Source: Shigella phage Sf25. From it: a DNA stretch of 64,000 bases. The notes below the pieces were generated by a model. It saw only the letters and a list, made by a program, of their open reading frames with translations. It ran no database searches and was not told where the DNA came from. Location: sequence record MF327009; one strand, given 5' to 3'. The translations under genes were made by a program, and so were the position numbers. The first letter of the stretch is position 1. Every line of letters begins with the position of its first letter. Below, piece by piece: positions 1-10,088 of this stretch.

Positions 1-270
1 CAGTATCTAAAATTCGCTGATATAATCTTTGTGTGTCTACGTCAGGCTTAACATGTTTAACTTCTATTTTATTAAACCAAAACTTGCGTGGAGTCTCAAC
101 TAGTCTTGGAATTCCCATACCTAAAGCTAGTTTATATTGGTCTTTGAGAGTAGTAAAAACTCTATCAGCAATCTCTCTTTCAAAAAACACAGCAGGACGA
201 TGTTCATCAAGTGGAACTGGCGCCGTAAATCCGTCTTTGTCTCGGTAAACTATCGCATATACATAAACCA
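1..270 (-). CDS. hypothetical protein, partial (N-terminal ~90 aa; 3' end beyond window start)
   Basis: Open minus-strand frame from ATG at 270 (MVYVYAIVYRDKDG...) running off the window edge. Confidence 0.4.
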
Positions 271-272
271 TA

Positions 273-1019
273 TTATCCTCGGATAAGTTTAAAAATTGAA
301 CAATTTAGCGGGTATCCTCTTTTCAGTTTAAGTTTATCAATAAAAGACAAGTTTTGATACCGCTCTACACCTTGAATAATTTTATCACACATATCATATT
401 GCATTTCTGCTTCTGACAACTTTTTCACAATTTTCCAATCCGAGCCTTTAAGAAGAACGTTCAGTTTAACAACTTCTGCGCCTTCTGCTATGCGAGAACC
501 ATCAATACGAGCTTTAAGTGCTATAATCCTTAGCTTAATGTCAGAGGTCTGTTTTGATTTAGAAAGCTGAGAAATGTGTTCAATTCGATTTTCACGCTTT
601 TTCTGTATAGCTTTAATTTGATTATAAGTCTTTTTGATTTTAGCCCATTTCTTTTCATCTAAATTTAGTTTATGAACTTTTTTCGCAGATGAACGACCAA
701 TTCGCAAAGCAAATAAATCCCGTTTTTCAATCAACTCTTCTAAAGTATAATCAGAACGAAATGTATTATACTTTTTCTTAACAGGGATAACATTTCCTTT
801 AATATATCCAATGTCATTATTAAAACGTTCTAATGATAATTTCTCTCCTTCAATACGATTATCAAAAGGTTCTCCTGAATAGGCACAAACTTTTTGATCT
901 AAAATGTTCTTAATGTAATTGAAGTCTAAGTTAAAATCTTTAGAACGTCTTTTTGCAGATGCCTGAGTGTGCTCTAAACGACGTTTAATTTTACGAATTT
1001 GGTTATTAGACAGTTTCAT
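273..1019 (-). CDS. HNH-family homing-endonuclease-like protein (mob-type)
   Basis: 248 aa; motif CAYSGEPF...SLERFNNDIGYIKGNV resembles the phage HNH endonuclease core; basic C-terminal region. Confidence 0.5.
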   Translation of the reverse strand: MKLSNNQIRKIKRRLEHTQASAKRRSKDFNLDFNYIKNILDQKVCAYSGEPFDNRIEGEKLSLERFNNDIGYIKGNVIPVKKKYNTFRSDYTLEELIEKRDLFALRIGRSSAKKVHKLNLDEKKWAKIKKTYNQIKAIQKKRENRIEHISQLSKSKQTSDIKLRIIALKARIDGSRIAEGAEVVKLNVLLKGSDWKIVKKLSEAEMQYDMCDKIIQGVERYQNLSFIDKLKLKRGYPLNCSIFKLIRG

Positions 1020-1054
1020 ATTTTTCTCACATCTTACGGACGATTTAATACTTT

Positions 1055-1090
1055 ATTACTATAACATTTTTACTTCAGATTGTAAACAAC
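1055..1090 (-). promoter_or_regulatory. T4-type early promoter (GTTTAC -35, A/T-rich -10)
   Basis: gtaaac at 1082-1087 on plus strand, i.e. GTTTAC on minus, with -10-like hexamer 17-18 nt downstream, upstream of the HNH gene. Confidence 0.45.
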
Positions 1091-1143
1091 TTTATGCAAA
1101 ATGCTTTAAAACTTTCATGGTATAATGAATCTAAGTCCTTCCA

Positions 1144-1590
1144 TTATAGATTAAATCCTTCAAAATCAAGAGTATAGATAGTATATGTTGAATACTTTTT
1201 GTACTCATATCTATCTGCAATTCTAAATACACTTCCAGCTGGTATCATTACTTCTTGTTCATCTGAAACTAATTCCATATTACGATAACGATGACTATCC
1301 GGAAACTTAAAGTTTGGATTGTATTCTTTACAGCGTAGAGCTTTTATAGCATACTCCTGGAAATTGAATACCATAGGAGCTTTGAATTCAAAAATAACTT
1401 GTGTGTTATACTCTAAAATTTCATTTAACCAAGTATGGTCATCTGGTTTATTAGTAATACAATGAATTAAAAGTTCAATTTCAGATAAATTAAACCCTTC
1501 AGAAAGTAATTCTTCACGAATAGAAGCACGCACCGATGCATCCATTGATTTTATTTTAAAATCTTTTAGTTGCATTACTGAGTATTTCAT
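1144..1590 (-). CDS. Mod-family ADP-ribosyltransferase-like protein, possibly N-terminally shortened
   Basis: 148 aa; carries E-Q-E-V (ExE) motif matching the EQEW motif of the upstream paralogue but lacks an obvious upstream Arg/STS region; start overlaps upstream stop (ATGA). Confidence 0.4.
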   Translation of the reverse strand: MKYSVMQLKDFKIKSMDASVRASIREELLSEGFNLSEIELLIHCITNKPDDHTWLNEILEYNTQVIFEFKAPMVFNFQEYAIKALRCKEYNPNFKFPDSHRYRNMELVSDEQEVMIPAGSVFRIADRYEYKKYSTYTIYTLDFEGFNL

Positions 1591-2210
1591 TCAACTACCT
1601 CAATATCATAAACTTTAAATGTTCCAAATGAATCGTGTAATTTTTCTTTTGAAATAGAAGTTATTCTATACTTTCCAATTGGAATCATCCATTCTTGTTC
1701 ACGCACAATCATCATTAAGTTATCAGTACGCTCTGAATCTAGCCCATCAGTATCTTCATACGTGTACTTAAACTCAGTATTAGGAGAAGAAAGTATAATA
1801 TCGCTGATATGGTCAGAATAATTAAAAGCTTTATCAGTTTTTAAGCGAAATATTATTTCAGTGAAATACTCAACATAAGAAAAACCACATGCTGTGTGCA
1901 AACTAGTAGTAAATGAATCTACCCTATTCGTTGAAAACACTTCTCCAACTTGTAAATCTTTAATGAGTTCTTTTGTCGATTTTGATATACCACGATATAA
2001 CTGATAAGGTGATTTAGTTAAATGCTTTTTAACGATTTTATTCAACTGCCGATGAAGAGCTTCATTCTTTTTAGCTTCCATACATTGCCAAAGAACAGAC
2101 TGCTCAAAGTCAGTAAATTTTTCACAGACTTTTTTATACATATCATATTGAAAATCGACACTTTCAGCTTTTATAGATAACTGTTCAACATCTGCAAGAT
2201 TAATAATCAT
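1587..2210 (-). CDS. modB: ADP-ribosyltransferase, ModB-like
   Basis: 207 aa; Arg at position 73 (LYRGIS), S-T-N region, ExE (REQEW) - the R/S/ExE triad of T4 Mod/Alt enzymes; length matches T4 ModB. Confidence 0.5.
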   Translation of the reverse strand: MIINLADVEQLSIKAESVDFQYDMYKKVCEKFTDFEQSVLWQCMEAKKNEALHRQLNKIVKKHLTKSPYQLYRGISKSTKELIKDLQVGEVFSTNRVDSFTTSLHTACGFSYVEYFTEIIFRLKTDKAFNYSDHISDIILSSPNTEFKYTYEDTDGLDSERTDNLMMIVREQEWMIPIGKYRITSISKEKLHDSFGTFKVYDIEVVE

Positions 2211-2235
2211 GATAGCCTCCGTATACTTCAGAAGC

Positions 2236-2270
2236 TATCATATCATCGTTAGAAAGGAAAGTAAACAACT
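2236..2270 (-). promoter_or_regulatory. T4-type early promoter
   Basis: GTTTAC (plus gtaaac 2261-2266) plus TATGAT-like -10; a second identical copy lies at 2444-2478 because of the tandem duplication. Confidence 0.45.
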
Positions 2271-2653
2271 TTTTGAATTATTTTGCCCAGGGAGCCCAAG
2301 GCGGAGGGTCAAGATGGTATGAAGCTAGTTCTTCTAGAAGAGCATCTGGGGCTTCAATTCCATAATTCTGTAATACTATACGGTACTCTTTCTTATAATC
2401 ACTAGAATCATTCTGGTTATTCGTAGAATGATTATCTTCTAACATTCATATCATCGTTAGAAAGGAAAGTAAACAACTTTTTGAATTATTTTGCCCAGGG
2501 AGCCCAAGGCGGAGGGTCAAGATGGTATGAAGCTAGTTCTTCTAGAAGAGCATCTGGGGCTTCAATTCCATAATTCTGTAATACTATACGGTACTCTTTC
2601 TTATAATCACTAGAATCATTCTGGTTATTCGTAGAATGATTATCTTCTAACAT
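2238..2653. repeat. perfect tandem duplication, 2 x 208 bp
   Basis: 2238-2445 is identical to 2446-2653; the unit contains a small ORF plus an early promoter. Confidence 0.9.
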
Positions 2654-2668
2654 CTCAAATAAATCCAT
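2486..2668 (-). CDS. hypothetical small acidic protein (60 aa)
   Basis: ORF with ATG at 2668; lies in the upstream copy of the 208-bp duplication; the downstream copy lacks an intact start. Confidence 0.35.
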   Translation of the reverse strand: MDLFEMLEDNHSTNNQNDSSDYKKEYRIVLQNYGIEAPDALLEELASYHLDPPPWAPWAK

Positions 2669-2676
2669 ATTAATTC

Positions 2677-3159
2677 CTAGCGATAAAAACCAAATTGACG
2701 ATTAGCTTCAATAATCTTTCTTTCTTCTTCGGACATTCTCCAGCGTAGTCCAACATCAAAATGAGCCCAGACCATCTTAACAAATGCATTTATATCTTTA
2801 ATATCTTCAATAATGAATGTTTTACTTTTAGAAGGTTGACCTGCTAAATTAAGTGCTAATTTAACTTTATCGTCTTCAAACAGGGCAAAAAGACCATATT
2901 CATGAGCTCTTTTATAGCCTTTAATAGTTAAAGCTTCAGAAGAAGAAAACGGTGAATCAGTATTCTGTAAAATATCTTCAGTATGCTTTATAATTAGAAT
3001 AACATTTTCTGGATATTTTCTTTCTTTTATATCTTTAATTAAAATATCCGGATTTTCTGCTAAAGGAATAATTAATGAGCACTTTTTATCAAGTGTATTT
3101 ACCGATTTACCTTCTTTAGACATAAATTCTATTGAATAATGTTTTGCTACTTCAATCAT
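2677..3159 (-). CDS. hypothetical protein (160 aa)
   Basis: Minus-strand ORF tightly packed with neighbours. Confidence 0.45.
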   Translation of the reverse strand: MIEVAKHYSIEFMSKEGKSVNTLDKKCSLIIPLAENPDILIKDIKERKYPENVILIIKHTEDILQNTDSPFSSSEALTIKGYKRAHEYGLFALFEDDKVKLALNLAGQPSKSKTFIIEDIKDINAFVKMVWAHFDVGLRWRMSEEERKIIEANRQFGFYR

Positions 3160-3312
3160 GTGATTTCCTCTTGCCTACTAATGGGCCGTCAGGAATTTTG
3201 TTTTCCTGGATATATTTCTCATTTTCTTCCATCATTTTACTGCCAATTTTAAGAAGCAAATCCAATGCTTCATTTGCTTTAGCCTTGGCCTCTTCTAGCG
3301 TCATATCTCTGT

Positions 3313-3516
3313 TCACGATTTATCCCCATAGATGTCTCTCATCAATTTAAGCGCTGAGCGTTCTAATTTCTTTTCTTTCTCAACGCTAATCATTGATTTC
3401 ATCCATTCTTCTGATTCGTTCTGCATTTCTTTATTTGCTTGTTCAACCCAACCATCATCAATGTACATTGAGTTTGGTCTATTGAACCATTCAAACATTT
3501 TCTTCAGAACTTTCAT
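3313..3516 (-). CDS. hypothetical protein (67 aa)
   Basis: Minus-strand ORF, charged and helical-looking. Confidence 0.35.
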   Translation of the reverse strand: MKVLKKMFEWFNRPNSMYIDDGWVEQANKEMQNESEEWMKSMISVEKEKKLERSALKLMRDIYGDKS

Positions 3517-4009
3517 TTGTTTTACCTAAAACAACAGTAGGAGCATCATCAAATTCATGAATTTTTAGCAAATTTGGATGTAAACTATTCCATACAGAAG
3601 AAATAAAGTATGATAAAGCATCTTCACTCACAATTATAAATTTATTTCCTTTATCTATTTTCCAACTATATACTGAATCATACGAATAGAAAGATAAAGG
3701 TTTATCATTATAATGTTCTGTGCTAACATTAATGTATTCAGATTTAGTAAATGCTTCAATTGCTCTAAACGGAATATTTGGTACAGTTTCAATAATACCA
3801 ATCTTTTTAAGTTTTATTTCAGCATCTTCTGGAACTGGCATTGAAACAAAATTTTCTACGAGATACATTGGGTCACAATAACCCTTATCAATCATTACTG
3901 CTACGGTAATTGGAACGTCTTTAGCAAACGACATGCTATTACTGCTAATATACATTTCAAACAAAATCGCTTCCATATTTTTCCTCAATCGCAAGATGTA
4001 GATGAACAA
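3491..4009 (-). CDS. hypothetical protein (172 aa)
   Basis: Minus-strand ORF. Confidence 0.45.
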   Translation of the reverse strand: MFIYILRLRKNMEAILFEMYISSNSMSFAKDVPITVAVMIDKGYCDPMYLVENFVSMPVPEDAEIKLKKIGIIETVPNIPFRAIEAFTKSEYINVSTEHYNDKPLSFYSYDSVYSWKIDKGNKFIIVSEDALSYFISSVWNSLHPNLLKIHEFDDAPTVVLGKTNESSEENV

Positions 4010-4326
4010 CTAGAATCGCAAGAACTTCCACACGAATCGCCCGTCCATACATGAACAGGAACATTAGTGTCATATGAATCAGAACTAGACTGTGTATTCT
4101 GCGTATTAGATGATGTAGTAGGTGTTGACCAGCGCCAAGGATTTTTATAATATTCTTGGGCTTCTTCATAAGTCATAGTAACTGCTTCTACTGTTCCATC
4201 TCCCATATAAACATATTCAACTACAGTTAAAGGAAGGTAGTCATTTGAAATAGGAACTACACCTTCCCCAGGAGTCGTAGAGAAAAAATCCGTAAAGAAA
4301 CTTTTAAACCAATTAAAGATAAACAT
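3985..4326 (-). CDS. hypothetical protein with Cys/Ser-rich C-terminus (113 aa)
   Basis: C-terminal [16 protein letters not shown] tail; start overlaps stop of upstream ORF. Confidence 0.4.
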   Translation of the reverse strand: MFIFNWFKSFFTDFFSTTPGEGVVPISNDYLPLTVVEYVYMGDGTVEAVTMTYEEAQEYYKNPWRWSTPTTSSNTQNTQSSSDSYDTNVPVHVWTGDSCGSSCDSSCSSTSCD

Positions 4327-4532
4327 TACAAAAAGCCTCTTTTGAATTCAACTTGTTTATCGCCATAATCATATCGAATCTCTGCATTAAATTCAACAGA
4401 ACCATCTGCGTACATCATAAATGAATGCACAACAACTTCTGTGGACCATGGCTGTAGTTCATATTTCTTCATTACATGTCGTGAAATGATAATATCTAAA
4501 TCTTCATTTGGTTTAATCCAGCGATTTAACAT
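4326..4532 (-). CDS. hypothetical protein (68 aa)
   Basis: Minus-strand ORF preceded by a strong early promoter. Confidence 0.4.
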   Translation of the reverse strand: MLNRWIKPNEDLDIIISRHVMKKYELQPWSTEVVVHSFMMYADGSVEFNAEIRYDYGDKQVEFKRGFL

Positions 4533-4554
4533 AGTGCTCTCCTCTATAAGATAA

Positions 4555-4590
4555 TTCTATTATACCATACTCATTTTGGAAAGTAAACCA
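4555..4590 (-). promoter_or_regulatory. T4-type early promoter (GTTTAC N18 TATAAT)
   Basis: Minus strand reads GTTTACtttccaaaatgagtatggTATAAT upstream of the 4326-4532 ORF. Confidence 0.55.
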
Positions 4591-4597
4591 TTTAAAT

Positions 4598-4622
4598 GAA
4601 AAAAGGACTCCCGAAGGAGTCC
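4598..4622 (-). terminator. rho-independent terminator downstream of soc
   Basis: Hairpin ggactcc-cgaa-ggagtcc followed on the minus strand by a run of U. Confidence 0.6.
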
Positions 4623-4628
4623 TTGAAT

Positions 4629-4874
4629 TTATTCACCAGTTACTTTCCACAAATCTTCATTTGCAGCAATCCATTCAGTACGTTGATTTTCTTCATATAC
4701 TGTAGAATATGCTGCTTTTTCTGAAGGGAATATCTGGTAATGAGCGCCAGAAATTTTATGAACGTCAGAATAAAGAGGGAAAGCTACAGAAATTTCCTTT
4801 CCTTCAATTTTCTTATTTCCATCTAATTTTTGCTCAAATGTTTTAATATTAACATAACCGCGAGTACTAGCCAT
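4629..4874 (-). CDS. soc: small outer capsid protein Soc
   Basis: 81 aa, MASTRGYVNIKTFEQKLDGNKK... near-identical to T4 Soc as recalled; late promoter upstream. Confidence 0.85.
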   Translation of the reverse strand: MASTRGYVNIKTFEQKLDGNKKIEGKEISVAFPLYSDVHKISGAHYQIFPSEKAAYSTVYEENQRTEWIAANEDLWKVTGE

Positions 4875-4904
4875 GTAATTCTCCTTTTATTTAAATTACA
4901 TGAT

Positions 4905-4912
4905 TATTTATA
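4905..4912 (-). promoter_or_regulatory. T4 late promoter TATAAATA for soc
   Basis: plus-strand tatttata, i.e. TATAAATA on minus, about 30 nt upstream of the soc ATG with an AGGAG RBS between. Confidence 0.55.
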
Positions 4913-4957
4913 ATAAATTCTCGCGGCTTTTAAGTCGTCGTTTATTTAAATGAGCTA

Positions 4958-5720
4958 TTAATAGCCTCGATCTTGACGAGCGAAGTTTTCAGCATTTTTC
5001 AGATAATAAAGTTTAAAGATTTCCTCAGCTGACATTCCAAGAGCAATGAATTTATTCATGAAAAAGTGAAATTGGTCAATCAGTTCAAATTTAATTTCAA
5101 GCTGATCTTCAGGAGATAAGTCTTGAATTTTCTTGGATTGCATTTCAGAATAACGTTTCTTCCAAGGTTTCCATACAGCAGAAGCTTCTTTTTCACCATT
5201 ACTCATACCACCAAGAGAAGTATATAGCTCGCGAGTTTCATCTGCGATATAATCGTCTTGGTTTCGCAACCAAGCAAGAACTTCTCCTGCAGTTTCAAGT
5301 GAATCAGGATGACGATTTGTTTCTGGTTTATCATTAGCCAAACGAATCTGTAAATGCCGCTGCATGTCAAATTTTCTTGGATTGCATTTCAGAATAACGT
5401 TTCTTCCAAGGTTTCCATACAGCAGAAGCTTCTTTTTCACCATTACTCATACCACCAAGAGAAGTATATAGCTCGCGAGTTTCATCTGCGATATAATCGT
5501 CTTGGTTTCGCAACCAAGCAAGAACTTCTCCTGCAGTTTCAAGTGAATCAGGATGACGATTTGTTTCTGGTTTATCATTAGCCAAACGAATCTGTAAATG
5601 CCGCTGCATGTCAAGCATAACCTGCAATGGGTCAATACTGTGCATAATATACTCAGCATATGCACGATTTGCTTTATCAACACCTTCGATCAAATGAGCA
5701 CATTCATTAAAGTGAGCCAT
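4958..5720 (-). pseudogene. 56: gene 56 dCTPase/dUTPase, frameshifted by an internal 244-bp tandem duplication
   Basis: Both ORF pieces (5367-5735 and 4958-5443) carry the same segment; N-terminus MAHFNECAHLIEGVDKANRAY and C-terminus ...KNAENFARQDRGY match T4 gp56; 244 is not a multiple of 3. Confidence 0.7.
5126..5613. repeat. perfect tandem duplication, 2 x 244 bp, inside gene 56
   Basis: 5126-5369 is identical to 5370-5613. Confidence 0.9.
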
Positions 5721-5780
5721 TATTTTTCCTTTCAATTCATTAATAAGTTAAATAATTATATCATTTGAGTATGTAAGCAA

Positions 5781-7120
<1,340 letters not shown>

Positions 7121-7139
7121 TATATCATCCTCAGCAATT

Positions 7140-7176
7140 TGTTTTATAATACCATAACAAGCTGAGAAAGTAAACA
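7140..7176 (-). promoter_or_regulatory. T4-type early promoter (GTTTAC N18 TATTAT)
   Basis: gtaaac at 7170-7175 on plus strand; -10 TATTAT; followed by GAGGATGA RBS and the ATG at 7120. Confidence 0.5.
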
Positions 7177-7213
7177 AATTTATGATAAATATTAATTTAA
7201 AGGAGGACGACGC

Positions 7214-7414
7214 ATGGTACAAAAATTAATGGCACTTGTTAATGCCATCAAAGGTAATAAAAAACGTATAGCTTTTACTATTTCTGCTATGGTAGGAATT
7301 TTACTCTGGAACTTTATTTTATCACCTGTTGCAATTGCACATGGTATTAATATTCCAGTAGTTACTCTTGATACATTCGTAGATTTAGCATTTGCTTTAG
7401 TTGGGTTAATTTAA
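7214..7414 (+). CDS. small hydrophobic protein (66 aa), plus strand
   Basis: AAGGAGGA Shine-Dalgarno 6-8 nt before the ATG at 7214; two hydrophobic segments; fills the gap between gene 61 stop and the next minus gene. Confidence 0.4.
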   Translation: MVQKLMALVNAIKGNKKRIAFTISAMVGILLWNFILSPVAIAHGINIPVVTLDTFVDLAFALVGLI

Positions 7415-8439
7415 ATCTTAGCATATTTAGATAACCTCATTTTAGCCATCAACCCCTGGGCAATATTATTTTTCATATATTCCATAATTTGTTCAGGGGT
7501 TGCACCTTCCTTTCTAATCATATCATTAACATCTTTTGATTTCCAGGGAGATTTATCCCAAAACATAACTCTTTCTCCTGCATCAACTAATTTAGTCATT
7601 CGTTTGATAGTGTCAGGGTGACGAGGTTCATTATCTAAAACCCACACTCGTCTATCTTTAAATGGAACAACTTCTAGGTCTAATTGACCACCCGTAATAG
7701 CTATACCATTTTCAATAAAAAGTGAATCTATAGGTCCTTCTAGAACATATACATCACCATCTTTAACTCGTTCAACACCGTAAATTTTTGTTGCCTCAGG
7801 ATAAGCTTTGATGGTGATATACTTTTGTGGAGCATCTTTCTTTAATGCACGACCTTGAAAAGACTCAGCTTTTCCGTTAGCATTATAAATTGGAATAACA
7901 AGACGAGGCTCAGAAATTTCCTTTTTGTATGTTCCCGGTGCTATGCTATTAACTAATTTAGGCCATTCGGTTGTAAACCAAAGATATTTCCATTTATCCT
8001 TTGGAATACAACGAGCTTTTACATATTTTATAATTGGATGGTCTTCCGCCAGTTTATCTAATCTAACGCATGACGGAAGAGATTTAATTATTTTCTTCTC
8101 AGGCTGTTTAGGAAGTTCTTTAGGTTTTTCTACTGGACGACTTTTACCTTTTTCTTTTCTTATTTCAAAGATATACTCACGATATAAATCAGGTTCAAAC
8201 TCCTTTAAATATATTCCGATTGGTGCATGATAGTTACAGTTATAACAATGAATATTTCCTTCATTATTATCACCATAATACCATCCACGGGCTTTATTTT
8301 GGTCGGTTTTTGAATCTCCACAAACAGGGCATCTAAACCGCAACTTAAAGGTTGAACTATTATTTACTTGTGTAAATTTAGGTAAATGAGCTAATGCACG
8401 GTATGCAAACTCATTATCAATCCAAGGTATTGATGACAT
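7411..8439 (-). CDS. 61: DNA primase gp61
   Basis: 342 aa; zinc ribbon CPVCGDSK...CYNC; length and position match T4 gp61. Confidence 0.85.
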   Translation of the reverse strand: MSSIPWIDNEFAYRALAHLPKFTQVNNSSTFKLRFRCPVCGDSKTDQNKARGWYYGDNNEGNIHCYNCNYHAPIGIYLKEFEPDLYREYIFEIRKEKGKSRPVEKPKELPKQPEKKIIKSLPSCVRLDKLAEDHPIIKYVKARCIPKDKWKYLWFTTEWPKLVNSIAPGTYKKEISEPRLVIPIYNANGKAESFQGRALKKDAPQKYITIKAYPEATKIYGVERVKDGDVYVLEGPIDSLFIENGIAITGGQLDLEVVPFKDRRVWVLDNEPRHPDTIKRMTKLVDAGERVMFWDKSPWKSKDVNDMIRKEGATPEQIMEYMKNNIAQGLMAKMRLSKYAKI

Positions 8440-8441
8440 TT

Positions 8442-8607
8442 TTACTCTTCTTTTTCTTTAGATTCCTCTTTCTTCTTTTTAGGAATCTGTTCAGGACCTT
8501 TATTTACTACAGCACCTGACGTTGTTCCAGTAGAGATATTTTCAGGATTACCACCTGAATCTCCAGCGACCATATCTTCTTTAATAAATTCTTTATATGT
8601 TTTCATA
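8442..8607 (-). CDS. small protein with internal-protein-like N-terminal leader (about 55 aa)
   Basis: Below the ORF-track cutoff; begins MKTYKEFIKE, like the capsid-targeting leader of T4 internal proteins; Lys/Glu-rich tail. Confidence 0.35.
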
Positions 8608-9234
8608 TTAACCTCTATTCATAAAAGCATTAAAAATTTGGTCATCAATAGAAACATTTACTTTAGACTGTTTTTCTGATGGTAATTCATATCCACATAT
8701 CACAATTTTATGATCAATATCAAAATACACAGAAGCAATATGATTAATGATATTTTCAGTGAAGTCTAAATCGACATCAATATCTTTTTGACCAAAGCCC
8801 AAAGGATAAATAATGCGAGTAATTCGATTATCTTTAACAAAGATTCCACCGACATACTCTGTACTGCGTTTAAAGTCTACACGCCGACGAAATGAAAAAT
8901 ATTCAGGCTCTTTATGAGCTCGGCTCATAGGACACAACGAATAACTAGAATAAGAGATGTCAAATCCTACGCCTTCAATATGAGCCAAAGTGTCATGATT
9001 AAACCAATTATAATCGTACGCCAAATCCATTAGATTATAATATGTAAAAGGCACCGGATTAACATCATTAGTCACAAGCATGTAATTAGCAACTGCTATA
9101 ATTTCATTGTTTTTAACGAATACAAACCGTGATTGATGCGAATGACCTGGACCCGCGTTTTCACGATTAATGATATAACACTGGGCACCTTTATATTTGT
9201 ATGTATCTTTGCACTTGTGCATTTGATAGAGCAT
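8608..9234 (-). CDS. hypothetical protein (208 aa)
   Basis: Minus-strand ORF between sp and gene 61. Confidence 0.45.
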   Translation of the reverse strand: MLYQMHKCKDTYKYKGAQCYIINRENAGPGHSHQSRFVFVKNNEIIAVANYMLVTNDVNPVPFTYYNLMDLAYDYNWFNHDTLAHIEGVGFDISYSSYSLCPMSRAHKEPEYFSFRRRVDFKRSTEYVGGIFVKDNRITRIIYPLGFGQKDIDVDLDFTENIINHIASVYFDIDHKIVICGYELPSEKQSKVNVSIDDQIFNAFMNRG

Positions 9235-9527
9235 TATTCACCTACCACTTCAGCGATGATATTTTTGTTATTAAAGTTTTTATCGCAATACAGAACATAA
9301 TTATACTGCATTACACCACCAGACTTAAGCTGTTTTTGCACTTCAGCTTTCATTTCAGGACGATCGCGCTCAACAATATTCATAATATCCGCTTCAATTT
9401 GAGTTTCAACCTCAGTCTGATCAGCAGTCATAGACCATTCGCACAAATCTTTATCATAACCTGCCATAGCAGGCTGAGCAGCACAAGAAGCTAAAGCAAA
9501 AATTGTAGCAAAGATAAATTTTTTCAT
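9234..9527 (-). CDS. sp: periplasmic superinfection-exclusion protein Sp (spackle)-like
   Basis: 97 aa with signal peptide MKKFIFATIFALASCAAQPAMA; size and position between 61 and 41 as in T4. Confidence 0.55.
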   Translation of the reverse strand: MKKFIFATIFALASCAAQPAMAGYDKDLCEWSMTADQTEVETQIEADIMNIVERDRPEMKAEVQKQLKSGGVMQYNYVLYCDKNFNNKNIIAEVVGE

Positions 9528-9554
9528 GATAATCTCCTCAGTAGTTTATGTTTA

Positions 9555-9588
9555 TATAGTATCTCAATTTCCAACAAAAGTAAACAGT
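9555..9588 (-). promoter_or_regulatory. T4-type early promoter
   Basis: gtaaac at 9580-9585 on plus strand with A/T-rich -10 downstream on minus. Confidence 0.45.
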
Positions 9589-9887
9589 TATTTTAAAACT
9601 TCTGTGTAATCACATGTTACAAACTGTTTCTCTAGCTTGACGATTTTACGAAAGTATCTTTTACATTGACGAATCTGTCGCTTAGTAGGGCGCACAGCAA
9701 ACTTAATAAATTCCACTCGACCAAATGGAGGGCTTTCTTCTGATGGAATATCTAACACCAATTCCCATGTATCTGCAATAAGTGCTTTGAATTGAGTATT
9801 TTTCCTAACGTTATACGGAGTAGGTTTAAATAAAACAATATGCATATTATCCTCGGCAATCCACTTCACATACTTTCTTGTCATCAA
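9588..9887 (-). CDS. hypothetical protein (up to 99 aa; true start probably internal)
   Basis: Longest ORF overlaps dmd by about 40 nt. Confidence 0.4.
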   Translation of the reverse strand: MMTRKYVKWIAEDNMHIVLFKPTPYNVRKNTQFKALIADTWELVLDIPSEESPPFGRVEFIKFAVRPTKRQIRQCKRYFRKIVKLEKQFVTCDYTEVLK

Positions 9888-10029
9888 TGAAAGCTTTAAC
9901 TAATGCTTTATTAACTTCAGCATACTGAGTAGTAGCCCATTGAACGTCATCTTTCATCATTGTGGTTTCTTTAGTAAACATGCTTTCATTCTTAAACCAC
10001 CCCATAAAAACTACCTTTACCAATTCCAT
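9847..10029 (-). CDS. dmd: Dmd antitoxin (inhibitor of host RnlA/LsoA toxins)
   Basis: 60 aa MELVKVVFMGWFKNESMFTKE...; size and position immediately downstream of gene 41 as in T4. Confidence 0.7.
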   Translation of the reverse strand: MELVKVVFMGWFKNESMFTKETTMMKDDVQWATTQYAEVNKALVKAFIDDKKVCEVDCRG

Positions 10030-10044
10030 AACAATCTCCTCATT

Positions 10045-10088
10045 TAACCAACAAGATTACTATACCATAGTCTTGTCAGCTTGTAAAC
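10045..10088 (-). promoter_or_regulatory. T4-type early promoter upstream of dmd
   Basis: gtaaac at 10083-10088 on plus strand with the ...gattactataccat... -10 block also seen at 46025-46045. Confidence 0.45.

Noticed and set aside
273-1019. Considered whether the HNH gene marks a mobile element or prophage boundary
   Set aside because: No integrase, transposase or terminal repeats are present; free-standing HNH or GIY-YIG homing endonucleases are normal in T-even genomes.
1089-1118. Plus-strand sequence resembling a T4 middle promoter (MotA-box-like TGCTTTA, 12 nt, TATAAT)
   Set aside because: No plus-strand gene follows, and the same DNA is the minus-strand early promoter region; most likely fortuitous in AT-rich sequence.
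3957-4169. 70-aa minus-strand ORF overlapping the 3985-4326 ORF in another frame
   Set aside because: It is entirely nested in a longer ORF and is His/Leu-rich and low-complexity; most likely spurious.
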